Assembly: GCA_002269645.1 (NCBI GenBank)
Contig: NIVC01000129.1
Coordinates: 666,755-730,754, forward strand
Reading direction: 5' to 3'
Source of the DNA: Macrostomum lignano
Lineage: Eukaryota
Length of the DNA stretch: 64,000 bases
The notes beneath the pieces were generated by a model. It was given only the letters and a program-made list of their open reading frames with translations, was not told the DNA's origin and ran no database searches. The position numbers were made by a program, and so were the translations under genes. Each line of letters begins with the position of its first letter. Position 1 is the stretch's first letter. This document shows, piece by piece, positions 1 to 23,402 of the stretch.

Positions 1-332
1 GCGGAATGGGCAGCAATGCCTCTTGCCGGTTGTGTGCCTATGTCGCTTAAAGTGCGCCAGGGTGCACACAACCCCCTGCCTCTAATAAAAAAGATAATAA
101 AAAAACGGCTGGGTGAATCACAGTTTGCGCAGGTATGCTGGGGCGACGCAAGTGACTCTGGGACGCCTCTGGCCTGGGTTTTTATGAAACTTTAGGGGAT
201 GTGATGTGAGCTTTGGCCATAGACAGCAGCGCGTTTTTTCATGCTTAGTGTGGTTGAGAGCGAGGCGATTATACGAGCATGCTTTCTTTTGATTAATCCC
301 ATCAATAACATCACCCTTCAATACGCCACCAG

Positions 333-3300
333 CCTGAAAGAGTGCGACCTGGGCGCTATTGTAAATCGCGAGCTGTCTATGCGGGTCAGACCAATCATGA
401 CCGTGGCCAATCATCGCACAGTGATGCGCCAGGATATTCGATTGGCTGCTAAAATTGTACAGCAGCTCGACGCTAAGCAGGGCCTGCATACGGTGGCAAA
501 CGGATCTGAGTCAGCTAAGCCGGCCGCTGCGCCGCAACTGCCAACTGATTTGGTCACCTCAGCGGCTGGAGCCAACTGTCCTATGGTGGGCGCCGCCGCT
601 AGCAGCAATCCTTTGTTGAAAAACTTGGCCGAGTTTATCGTCGATGAGGGCAGCTACGAGGAGGAGGCTCTGTTAGGTTGGTTATTTAAATTTTGATTTT
701 GCCTGTGCGATCATGCAGCCACTTGTGCGTCACCTGTGCTATCATGCAGCCATCTCTGTGTGTCACCTGTGCTATCATGCAGCCATCTCTGTGTGTCACC
801 TGTGCTATCATGCAGCCACTTGTGCGTCACCTGTGCTATCATGCAGCCATCTCTGTGTGTCACCTGTGCTATCATGCAGCCATCTCTGTGTGTCACCTGT
901 GCTATCATGCAGCCATCTCTGTGTGTCACCTGTGCTATCATGCAGCCACTTGTGCGTCACCTGTGCTATCATGCAGCCATCTCTGTGTGTCACCTGTGCT
1001 ATCATGCAGCCATCTCTGTGTGTCACCTGTGCTATCATGCAGCCATCTCTGTGTGTCACCTGTGCTATCATGCAGCCACTTGTGCGTCACCTGTGCTATC
1101 ATGCAGCCATCTCTGTGTGTCACCTGTGCTATCATGCAGCCACTTGTGCGTCACCTGTGCTATCATGCAGCCATCTCTGTGTGTCACCTGTGCTATCATG
1201 CAGCCATCTCTGTGTGTCACCTGTGCTATCATGCAGCCACTTGTGCGTCACCTGTGCTATCATGCAGCCATCTCTGTGTGTGTCACCTGTGCTATCATGC
1301 AGCCATCTCTGTGTGTGTCACCTGTGCTATCATGCAGCCACTTGTGCGTCACCTGTGCTATCATGCAGCCATCTCTGTGTGTGTCACCTGTGCTATCATG
1401 CAGCCATCTCTGTGTGTGTCACCTGTGCTATCATGCAGCCACTTGTGCGTCACCTGTACTATCATGCAGCCATCTCTGTGTGTGTCACCTGTGCTATCAT
1501 GCAGCCATCTCTGTGTGTGTCACCTGTGCTATCATGCAGCCATCTCTGTGTGTGTCACCTGTGCTATCATGCAGCCAGTTCTCACGCCAGCGCCCCTCTT
1601 GACCATACAACAGGTGGCGTGTCTCTCGAGTCGCAGTCTGGCGGCGACGCCGAAGTGAAAATCGAGATCGAACCGTCCCTGCAAGGCAAGCTAGACCGCC
1701 TCATTCTCTATCTGCGTGCCGTGCACAGCGTTGATTTCTATTCGGCCACCGAGTACCCGAGCGAGGACGACATGCCGCACAGATGCGGAATCATGCACGC
1801 CCGCGGCGCTGTCACCATGCCTGACAAGCCAATTTTACAGCGCGAAGTTGACAATTACATGCGCGAATTCGAGTCTAAAGTGCAATCACTGACGCAGTTT
1901 GTTAATCCTATCGCCTCCGAGGACGCCAAGAAGTTGGGATTGCGCGATGAAGAATCTGCCGTTGAAAAATTCATCCAGGACAATACCAAGGAGCTCGGCC
2001 AGGACAAGGTAATGGAGATTCTGTGCGGTTTTTGATCACATCAGGTTCGATATTATAGTGAGGCTGCTAATCCCATCAGGTTCGATTGTGAGGCTGCTAA
2101 TCCCATCTGGTTTAATAGTGAGGCTGCTAATCCCATCTGGTTCAATAGTGAGGCTGCTAATCTCATCTGGTTCAATAGTGAGGCTGCTAATCCCATCTGG
2201 TTCAATAGTGAGGCTGCTAATCTCATCTGGTTCAATAGTGAGGCTGCTAATCTCATCTGGTTCAATAGTGAGGCTGCTAATCCCATCTGGTTCAATAGTG
2301 AGGCTGCTAATCTCATCTGGTTCAATAGTGAGGCTGCTAATCCCATCTGGTTCAATAGTGAAGTTGCTAATCCTATCAGGTTCAATAGTGAAGTTGCTAA
2401 TCCTATCAGGTTCAATAGTGAGGCTGCTAATCTCATCTGGTTCAATAGTGAGGCTGCTAATCCCATCTGGTTCAATAGTGAAGTTGCTAATCCTATCAGG
2501 TTCGATAGTGAGGCTGCTAATCCCATCTGGTTCGATAGTGAGGCTGTTAATCCCACCAGGTTCGATAGTGAGGCTGCTAATCCCATCTGGTTCAATAGTG
2601 AGGCTGCTAATCCCATCAGGTTCAATAGTGAGGCTGCTAATCCCATCAAGTTCGATAGTGAGACTGCTAATCCCATCAGGGCTGTTACTGCTCTTGCTAA
2701 TCTGGTCCTTATGTGTACAGTTTAGTTGCTAGTCCGTCAATATAATTACTAACAATATAATTACTAATAAAAGTAATTTGTACCGCTGTGCAATGTCTCA
2801 TTTCAGTGGCTGTGCCCGCTATCCGGCAAGAAGTTCAAAGGCCCGGAGTTCATAAAGAAGCACATCTTCAACAAGCACCAATCGGCCGTTGACGATGTCC
2901 GCAAAGAGGTGCAGTACTTCAACAACTACATCAGGGACCCGAAGCGGCCTCACGTAGCCGATCCGGCTCATCACAGCCAGCAGCAGCAGCAGCAGCAACA
3001 GCACTACATGATGCAGCAGCAGCAGCAGCAGATGGGCGGCGGTCGAATGCAAGGAGGCGGCCCTGGCGGCGGCTTTCCACGCGGCGGTCGCGACTTCGAC
3101 TACGGCGGCGGCGGCGGCGGCGGCTACGGAGGACCCCGCTATGACCAGGGCGGTCGGAGGCCTCCGCCCGAATTTTACGGAGGCGGCGGCTACCCGCAGC
3201 AGCGCGAGTTCGGCGGCGGTCGCGGCGGCTACTTCAACGATCGATTCGGTGGTGGCGGCCCGCGCGGCGGCTTCCGCGGCGGCCGGCCGATGGCCCCCAC

Positions 3301-3352
3301 TGGCCGCAAGCTCATTAACTACCAGGATCTGGACGCGCCGGAGGATTTTTGA
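333..3352 (+). CDS. SRRT: Serrate RNA effector / Ars2, last three coding exons (333-676, 1575-2008, 2807-3352); gene starts upstream of the window
   Basis: Exon peptides match hallmark Ars2 segments: [106 protein letters not shown] (C2H2-like) and C-terminal [13 protein letters not shown]. Junctions G|GTTGGT(677)...CATGCAG|(1574) are phase 1; AAG|GTAATG(2009)...TTTCAG|(2806) are phase 0. Confidence 0.95.
703..1577 (+). repeat. Minisatellite, 31/33/35-bp units (GTCACCTGTGCTATCATGCAGCCA + CTTGTGC or TCTCTGTGT[GT]), about 26 copies, SRRT intron
   Basis: Direct periodicity. The last unit supplies the CAG acceptor of the SRRT exon at 1575. Confidence 0.97.
2040..2680 (+). repeat. 30-bp minisatellite (GTGAGGCTGCTAATCCCATCTGGTTCAATA), about 21 copies, SRRT intron
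   Basis: Successive 60-nt lines repeat in register. Confidence 0.97.
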
Positions 3353-3908
3353 AATCGCCAGCTCAATGCGGTTTGTGTGTTAGTTTCATTGTTTATTAAT
3401 AATAGTTACAGTCGAACTCGATTTGCATCAAACGACACGTTGTTTATTTTTTCCCGCCTGGGGGTTTTTTACTACGCCGCGAAGTTTTGACTACTATGAC
3501 CCGAACCCAACCCTCATGTCATTGCTCATTTGCTTTCCCATATAATTATTATATTAGTCTCTGAAGTCGGCCTGTGGAGTTGTGCCGCCTGGCAATGCTG
3601 ATTTGAAGCCATTCGTGACCGAAAATCCTGTTAGCCTGTTTGGCTGTCGGTCTCCGTGTTTCAATTTCTCTTTCTCGCGTTTTAATTATAGTTAATAACT
3701 AATAATTAAATATATAAAATGAAGATATAATCACCACCTTGTTGCTGCAAACAAACCGGAGCGAACAGGTGATTAAAACAAAAATGAAGCAACAATTTAA
3801 ACAGAACAATCCAAGTTCGAATTGTAATCGGTGAAAAAACTGTTATGCTGTTTTAACGATATTTTTTCAGATTTTCTGATACTTTTGTTTGAATTTATTC
3901 ATAGTAAA

Positions 3909-4522
3909 TATACCTTTTAACAATTTTTTGGACATAAGTGAAGTTAATTTAGTCATTAGCCAGCTCAGTCCTAGAAAAGTGAGTTTGATTTAGTCAGCAC
4001 TCGGGGTTTACCATAGACTATGGTAAAGAAATGAAATCGATTTAGTCAAGTGCCACGTATTTAAACCATGGAGGAAAGAATAGAATGGAGTGCTAATCTG
4101 AGCATAGTTCGAGCTCGCATCAAAATAGCTTTCAGCCAATAGGAAAGAACGGGGGGGAAAGATAAAAATAACTGGCTCAGATTAGCACTCCATTCTATTC
4201 TTTCCTCCATGATTTAAACCCTTCCATGACTTGATTTTAGTCAAAGTGAATTTTATTTAGTCATCATGTCTGTGTTCGTTTGCGTTCTTGTTTCACTACT
4301 TGTATCTTCTTAAAGCTATAACGAATAAATAAAATTCACTTTGACTTACGAAAAGTTACGAAAGACGGATTTAGAGGAACTTGACTAAATCGATTTCATT
4401 TCTTAACTATAGTCTATGGTAAGCCCCGACTGCTGACTAAATCAAACTCACTTTTCTAGGACTGAGCTGACTAATGACTAAATTAACTTCACTTATGTCC
4501 AAAAAAATTGTTAAAAGGTATA
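3909..4522. mobile_element. MITE/foldback element with about 140-bp TIRs and two internal hairpins; probable TA target duplication
   Basis: 3909-4051 is the near-perfect reverse complement of 4380-4522 (TATACCTTTT...AAAAGGTATA). Internal inverted pairs are 4060-4103/4175-4218 and 4239-4258/4327-4346. Confidence 0.85.
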
Positions 4523-4918
4523 ATAGCTCGCAAAAAGAAGTAACGATTGGCTACTTAATTTGTGCTACTATTAGTAGTACTTATACCGGTATTTAAACAA
4601 GCAGTTGCTAGCACAGCACGTTGTAACTGGTATAAATGTATTTAGTTATAAAGCTTGGGTAATATAATTTGTATGCAAATCATGTTAATAGCGACCTGCT
4701 TTGTGGCTTAACTAGCGTGTGCGTACATGTAAGCCGCGGGTGTGACGCTTTGAATGAAGGCAATGTGTGAAAAATAGAATTTTCATATCGGGTTGAAACA
4801 GCTGCTGCGAGTGTAAGCGTGCATCTTGTTGATCGGGCAGCAGTTGGGCTTGTCATCGGCTACTGCTCAGCCGTCTCTCGTAATTGCAAAATGGTAGTAG
4901 GTAACGCATGTCTATCGA

Positions 4919-5050
4919 GTGGTTTCCTGCAGTCACTTTAGTAGCGTGTCTGATTAACAAGTGGTTTCCAGCAGTCACTATAGTAGCCTGTCTAATTAAC
5001 AGGTGGTTTCCAGCAGTCACTTTGGTAGCTTGTCTAATTAACAGGTGGTT
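4919..5050 (+). repeat. 42-bp tandem repeat, 3 copies
   Basis: GTGGTTTCC(A/T)GCAGTCACT...TAACA(A/G) recurs at 4919, 4961 and 5003. Confidence 0.85.
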
Positions 5051-5104
5051 TCAAACAGATTTCCCAAGTTACTTGAGCTCGGACCACATGTGTGCCATAA
5101 CTAT

Positions 5105-5629
5105 TCCACAGTCCTGAGCTGGCACTAATTCCCAGTCCTGAGCTGGCACTAATTCCCCAGTCCTGAGCTGGCACTAATTCCCAGTCCTGAGCTGGCACTA
5201 ATTCCCCAGTCCTGAGCTGGCACTAATTCCCAGTCCTGAGCTGGCACTAATTCCCCAGCCTTGAGCTGGCACTAATTCCCCAGTCCTGAGCTGGCACTAA
5301 TTCCCCAGCCTTGAGCTGGCACTAATTCCCCAGTCCTGAGAGCTGGCACTAATTCCCCAGTCCTGAAAGCTGGCACTAATTCCCCAGTCCTGAGCTGGCA
5401 ATAATTCCCCAGCCTTGAGCTGGCACTAATTCCCCAGTCCTGAGCTGGCACTCATTCCCAGTCCTGAGCTGGCACTAATTCCCCAGCCTTGAGCTGGCAC
5501 TAATTCCCCAGTCCTGAGCTGGCACTAATTCCCCAGTCCTGAGAGCTGGCACTAATTCCCCAGTCCTGAGAGCTGGCACTAATTCCCAGTCCTGAGAGCT
5601 GGCACTAATTCCCCAGTCCTGAGCTGGCA

Positions 5630-5648
<19 letters not shown>
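5105..5648 (+). repeat. 25-28-bp minisatellite (CCAGTCCTGAG[AG]CTGGCACTAATTCC[C]), about 21 copies, starting in the last codons of the NDNF-like gene
   Basis: Direct periodicity. The reverse complement of the unit contains GGGAATTAG, the gene's terminal codons and stop. Confidence 0.95.
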
Positions 5649-13491
<7,843 letters not shown>

Positions 13492-14679
13492 GGCTGCTGC
13501 TCAATGCCGACGGGAAATTTCCTATTCAGCTCGGCAGAACGGATCGAGTCTGTGTGAGGTCTTGGCTCGGTACAGCGTCCGGCCCTGGAGGCGGCTTCCA
13601 GGGAGGCAGTTCTTTAGTAGCTGTAGAATAATTAGTCGCGGCAGACTTTCGAGGCAAGGAGAAAGTATCCAATTTTTGTAATATTTAAAATAGACTACAA
13701 TCGCATTTCACTACAGCGGGCATTTACTACAGACTCATCTGAGATTATCGCAATCGAAAGAGTATCTCCTCCCGATGCTCCTGTGCTGTGTGCTTGGCTA
13801 CATGAATGTAACGCAAGAAAAACCGAGACACTTAAAGTAACTTCTCCAGAGCAGCTGAGGAGGAGGGGGTCGGCGCCTCTGATTGGCTGAACCTGCTAAC
13901 ACCAAATGTAGGCGTTGATTTGGTTTGGATACCCGTTGCAACGCCAAGAAGCACAAGTAGTCTAGAAGTCCTTGTTGTTAGGCTGGTTGAATTTTTTCGC
14001 CAATTTAACAGCACGACCGCTTATAGTTGAATCTTAAAATTTGGAATCAAGTTGTGTAAGAACTTTCGGTGAACAGACGATATTTTTGCAAAATGGATTA
14101 ATTGACCATCTACTACAGCTGCACTTTGCTAATAAATGCATGCTAGAATGCGACCGAGTTCTCTCTGGAGCAAAACAGACATCAATCAATGCAGCAAAAC
14201 TGATCGAAGACTTATAAAGATTTTCCCGGCAATAAACAGAATTCATAAATACACAACCGGGACTCTAATTTGGTAGCAAGTGCGCGCAGTCCTCTCTCCA
14301 TCAGGGGGTACGCGAGAAGGACAAGCAGCCAGTGCTAATCCCAAGCTAACAAGCCGATACGAGCAGCTCAGCTTTGCCGGAGCTCAAATTGTTAATTGGG
14401 GCGGCAATCAACGCAAACGGCAAAACGACTTAATAAGCTGATCCGATAATGGCCGCTGTCGCAGGGGCCACCGAGTCCGACGGGTGCCCCCTGCTTGTGG
14501 CTAATAATAGCTCGAGATGTTTTGATATTCTGCCCACGCACTTGCGCGTTGCTGTCGATTTAGCCGCGAAGAAGAAAAACTTCTTCGTCCCTTCAACGAT
14601 GCGACAATGAGTTTGGTCAGTATGATATTGTCACGAACTTTTCCATTTTTTCCTGTTTTAAATTAACAATTGTTTTGTC

Positions 14680-14914
14680 CTTATGTACTTTACCTCCTTA
14701 TGTACTTTACCTCCTTATGTACTTTACCTCCTTATGTACTTTACCTCCTTATGTCCTTTACCTCCTTATGTACTTTACCTCCTTATGTACTTTACCTCCT
14801 TATGTACTTTACCTCCTTATGTCCTTTACCTCCTTATGTCCTTTACCTCCTTATGTCCTTTACCTCCTTATGTCCTTTACCTCCTTATGTCCTTTACCTC
14901 CTTATGTCCTTTAC
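14680..14914 (+). repeat. 17-bp minisatellite (CCTCCTTATGT(A/C)CTTTA), about 13 copies
   Basis: Direct periodicity. Confidence 0.95.
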
Positions 14915-15327
14915 CAGTGATGGGCACGTTACTCAAAAAAGTAACGAGCAACGAAGTAACATTAATTGTTACCAACCCCTAAGGTAAACAAAAATTAAGT
15001 AACGAAAATTTGAAAAAAAGTAACGAATTACGAAAAACGTTACTCTGATCTTTTTGTTTTTGGTAAAGAACTGGCTTTTCACTGCTATTTTACTGTTTTA
15101 TTTAGGCCCCAATTCTAATAAGTTGATAAACACATTCTTTACTTTTGTTATACTAGCTTATACGCTGCTATTGCGATTATGCAAAACAAAAAATGAAAAA
15201 ATAATAATGCAAATGGTGAATAGCTCGTATTTTGACTTCGTCATTTTCAAGTGTTTTACTTAATTTAATTTATACAGGAATAAATTAGAGAATACATTAT
15301 ATTTGTTTTAATACCTCAAATGCATAA

Positions 15328-15338
15328 GTAGTAGTAGC

Positions 15339-15423
<85 letters not shown>
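15328..15423 (+). repeat. (TAG)n microsatellite, left part
   Basis: Direct read. Confidence 0.98.
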
Positions 15424-16067
15424 TTGGTTTTGTCAGCCTAACTGAGAATAAAGCCATCCAAAGTGAGAATCCTGCCTACGCTGACTGCGAAGGGCCCGGC
15501 TGCGTGCAGCCTTAGTCTATGGGCCATAGACAATAAAGGACAAGCAAAGTGATAAAAAGCCATCCAATGTGAGAATCGATTGGTCTATGCGTCGTATTCT
15601 TTTATTTTTATACCTTCTGAGCCATATGACTAGCCAATAGCTTGAACGGAATAACGGAAACAGGAACACACAGGATGATACAGAACAGTAAAGTAAAGAG
15701 TTAAAATAGCCGTCCCTCAATGCACTGCCCAAAGAGTCGTCTGCAATGCAGGTCCCACGCGGCAGCCTTCCCAGCAGTGACTGTGTCGTCAATCGCTTCG
15801 CGCGCCTCCCTCTCTAACAGCATGTTCCTGTTTCCGTTATTCCGTTCAAGCTATTGGCTAGTCATATGGCTCAGAAGGTATAAAAATAAAAGAATACGAC
15901 GCATAGACCAATCGATTCTCACATTGGATGGCTTTTTATCACTTTGCTTGTCCTTTATAGTCTATGGCCCATAGACTAAGGCTGCACGCAGCCAGGCCCT
16001 TCGCAGTCAGCGTAGGCAGGATTCTCACTTTGGATGGCTTTATTCTCAGTTAGGCTGACAAAACCAA
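15424..16067. mobile_element. Foldback MITE with 245-bp TIRs inserted at a TA within (TAG)n
   Basis: 15424-15668 is the near-perfect reverse complement of 15823-16067. TA flanks both ends, and the (TAG)n continues in the same orientation on both sides. Confidence 0.9.
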
Positions 16068-16330
<263 letters not shown>

Positions 16331-16744
16331 CCGGCGACACCTGATACATGTACTCTATGAGCCCCGTATGATGCATGGGCTAAATCATTAGTATGCAATC
16401 GACAATACCTCTGAGTACGCCACTTAAAAACGTACGTGAGCATTTCATTCACCCGTCGGCGTGGCTCCACAAGAAGCACATCAGCATAAAGCATCCGAGG
16501 GTCGGAGCGCAGAATACGCGAGACATTCACTACTGGGGGCTCCCTCCCCATCGGGACGCAACAACAGCTGCTGGCTCCGAGCTCTTATAGTGTCGGATAT
16601 TGAGTCAATAGCTTAATCAGAACTTTCCCGTTTGGTGCTATTCTGAGCCAAATGCCCTGAAAGCAGCTTCATTTTGAGTCCGATGCTTTTCAGGTCATTA
16701 GTCCTCAGTTTGTAGGTGATGGACCTAAAGTGGTGCTAGTAGGT

Positions 16745-16960
16745 GGTGTTAAAGCCTCTGGTGCTGGCGCCCCTTGGTGCTGGCGCCCCTTGGTGCTGGC
16801 GCCCCTTGGTGCTGGCGCCCCTTGGTGCTGGCGCCCCTTGGTGCTGGCGCCCCTTGGTGCTGGCGCCCCTTGGTGCTGGCGCCCCTTGGTGCTGGCGCCC
16901 CTTGGTGCTGGCGCCCCTTGGTGCTGGCGCCCCTTGGTGCTGGCGCCCCTGGTGTTAAAG
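16745..16960 (+). repeat. 16-bp minisatellite (GGTGCTGGCGCCCCTT), about 12 copies
   Basis: Direct periodicity; same family as 35407-35945 on the opposite strand. Confidence 0.95.
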
Positions 16961-17149
16961 GAATTGTTTATTAGCAACTCATCTAATATATAACTCTATT
17001 CGATGTCAGGAAATCAGAATCATGATGAAGAGCAGTTAGTCTCAGTATAACGAAGTCATTAAAATCCAATGCGATATTAAGAGAACAACATGTAGGTTAA
17101 TGTTTTAATTTTATAACACTAGATGTAACTGACGATGAAGTTACCAGGT

Positions 17150-18748
17150 TTAATCACGCGTGCTCCTAGCAAACATAACAGCCTCCGTGTGCTCGGTGGT
17201 CTCAGCCAGTGCAGCAAAGGGCTGCTCCCCACTGATAGAATCCGTGTACTGCCGATAGTCCACCGAGGCCAGCCGCTGGAAGCCGAGTTTCTCGTAGATT
17301 CGCTGCGAATGCCTGCTCTCGGTGCTGCCCACCGCCAGCGGGATGTCAAGCCGCTGGGCCGCTAGCCTCAGCGAGCATTCAACGAGGCGTCTGCCGATGC
17401 CGCGTCTGCCGTGCGTTGCCTTGACAACCAGCAGTCGGAAGGCAAGAGCTCGACGCGCCTCCGGATAGAGATTGGACCAGTCTACCAGGGATTCCACGTG
17501 GTCTACCAGGCGCACTACCAGACTGTGCTTCGGGTAACGAGCTGCCAAGGTGCTGTCTGTGAGCAGCGGGTGCTTGAATGCTCTGAAATTGAAATACTCA
17601 AGCTCTAATAAATCTAGAAGTTGACTTTTCTTGCTGGACGTTTCCCGCTTTTGATTTTTTGAAAATGTCCATGGACCACTAAATATAAAGGACATGCAAT
17701 CTGCATTGAGTGAGACGAGAAGTTCTCAGTTTTTTAGCACCAAATTGGAATCATCTCAACTTATGGATTTCCGAACTACGTAAAAGTCTCTTAAGAAAGC
17801 GAAATCCATAGAAAAAGCATAACTGTAATATGACGTACCGCTATCCAATAATGCTTTAAATACATTCTTTCTGGATAAACTTGTCAGCGCACCTCAGATA
17901 AAACAAAAACAAATTCATGCTTTATTTGCAAGCCAGCAGTCCCAAATCAAGGACTACTTCCTATTTTGTCCGTCACTATATCCGTAGCAACTTTGAAAAG
18001 TGGCCACCTTATAATTTGCACAACTCACTCTACGACAAACATTACGTAATCACCACGCTGAGCAATCACGGGGTGTAACAGAAAAAAGAATTTTAAGATT
18101 GTTTATTTAGTTTAGTAAAACTATTAGTAACATTCGAATTACATTTTTATTTCCGAATAATAGTAATAATTGATTACACACCTGCCCTAATGGGCAGATG
18201 TGCAACCGACAGCTCAGCCGCAGCTATTGCGCGGCGCATCTGAAGGCTGCGTACGGCTGTTCAGTCCAAGGACTGGGGGGGGGGGTCGCTACACATGCAC
18301 CCTCAATACCCCAGCTAATGGGCGTTAAGCCTTTTGCTCAAGCACACAAATTGTTCCGAGTAAGGTCGAGAATCGAACCCCCGACCTTTCTTCCGCGAAT
18401 CCGACGCTCTAACCAATGATACTGACTAAAAATGGCCCCTTACGTATCAATAAAAACCTACTCTTGATTCCTTCCTATTGACGATGACTCAACAGTAGAC
18501 AGCCTGGCTCCGACCAGTTCTCCGCTGTCGCTGTCCACAGCCACCAGCGAGGCCCCCTGTTCCAGCACCGCCGGCAGCATTGCCAGCGTTGTCTCCACGT
18601 CGCTTGCCTCCATGGCGTTCAAGTGTCGAAATAGCGGCATTCGCGGATAGAAGTCTGCCAGGCAAAGTCGACAGATGGCATCGGAATCGGCTAAGGTGGC
18701 TGTGCGGAAGGTCAGACCCTCGTGCTGTTCAGCAAATTCAACAGACAT
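17150..18748 (-). CDS. GNAT N-acetyltransferase, insect-type arylalkylamine (dopamine) N-acetyltransferase-like; exons 18748-18462 and 17582-17150, 239 aa
   Basis: Phase-2 junction GA|GTAGGT...TTTCAG|A. Motif A is LVVKATHGRRGIGRRLVECSL, motif B is TESRHSQRIYEKLGF, the N-terminal strand is SLVAVDSDSGELVGARL, and C-terminal VDYRQY...GEQPF is typical of iAANAT-like proteins. Confidence 0.8.
18255..18425 (-). mobile_element. tRNA-derived SINE (degenerate, internally shortened)
   Basis: Minus strand reads TTGGTTAGAGCGTCGGATTCGCGG...GGGGGTTCGATTCTCGACC (A/B-box-like), then GCTTGAGCAAAAG and ATTAGCTGGGGTA. The CCCCCCCAGTCCTTG tail is shared with 54610-54835. Confidence 0.75.
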
Positions 18749-19424
18749 GGCCAACTAGCTTTGCATGTTATTAACTCGTCTCTCTTAGTCTGCATAGCCA
18801 GGCTTTTTGTACAAAGCAAATGCGTAAGTTCTAACTGAGAAAATGCAGCCACCCCCAATCCTTCTGACAAATGTGCACATGCATGTATCCACTAACGTGC
18901 GCACACGAAAGAGAGAAACAAGCTAGTATTCTATTAATAGACACGTACATTTGAATTATGGACGATAGCTATTTGCCAGCGTTGTGGCTTATTCACGCCA
19001 TAATTGTCATACAATCGCATTGCCATTATGGCGTTATGACATTTTGCGCATTGTCATTATTGAAATGAATGCAATGAAGGGGCTAAAACCATTGGGGGAC
19101 ATAAGCGGTCATGACCTCCAGAAAGTCATCCCTTGCTACTTTCTATTGACAGCTGAACCAATACATGTATAGATGGGACTAGCAATTCTAGTAGCGCGCA
19201 ATAAGCAAAGAGCAAAAAATATTCATGGAAAACAATTAAAAAAGCACATTTCTTAAGAACCAATTCCTTCTTCAGTTTTATAAATCACCTTATTCCAGTA
19301 AAATTGTCACGGACAAAGAAAGATGTTAGCTATGAATCTCTTCTTTTTCTAAAATTAACAGAAAGACAACAAAATATAGTTTTCACAAAGATAACAGACA
19401 TTCCCCCTACATAGAAAACATCCC

Positions 19425-19534
19425 CAAGACCCCCCACACCCCTAGATAGCAAGCATCCCCCCAGATAGTAAGCACCCCCTCCAAGAGTAAGCAACCGCAG
19501 ATAGCAAGCATCCCCCAGATAGCAAGCATCCCCC
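19425..19534 (+). repeat. Degenerate 18-bp minisatellite (CCCCAGATAGCAAGCATC), left part
   Basis: Direct periodicity; continues at 23403-23710. Confidence 0.85.

Positions 19535-23402
<3,868 letters not shown>

Noticed and set aside
1-115. Possible LINE 3' end with an A-rich tail
   Set aside because: It is too short, is cut by the window edge, and has no diagnostic motif.
693-2732. Long ORFs in all frames across the tandem arrays (also 9646-10689, 11642-12230, 35393-36031, 38037-39062, 43750-45210, 49231-49887)
   Set aside because: These are translations of stop-free repeat units lying in introns or intergenic DNA, with no independent coding evidence.
14915-15050. hAT-like terminus CAGTGATGGG with GTAACG/CGTTAC subrepeats
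   Set aside because: No matching opposite terminus or TSD could be identified.
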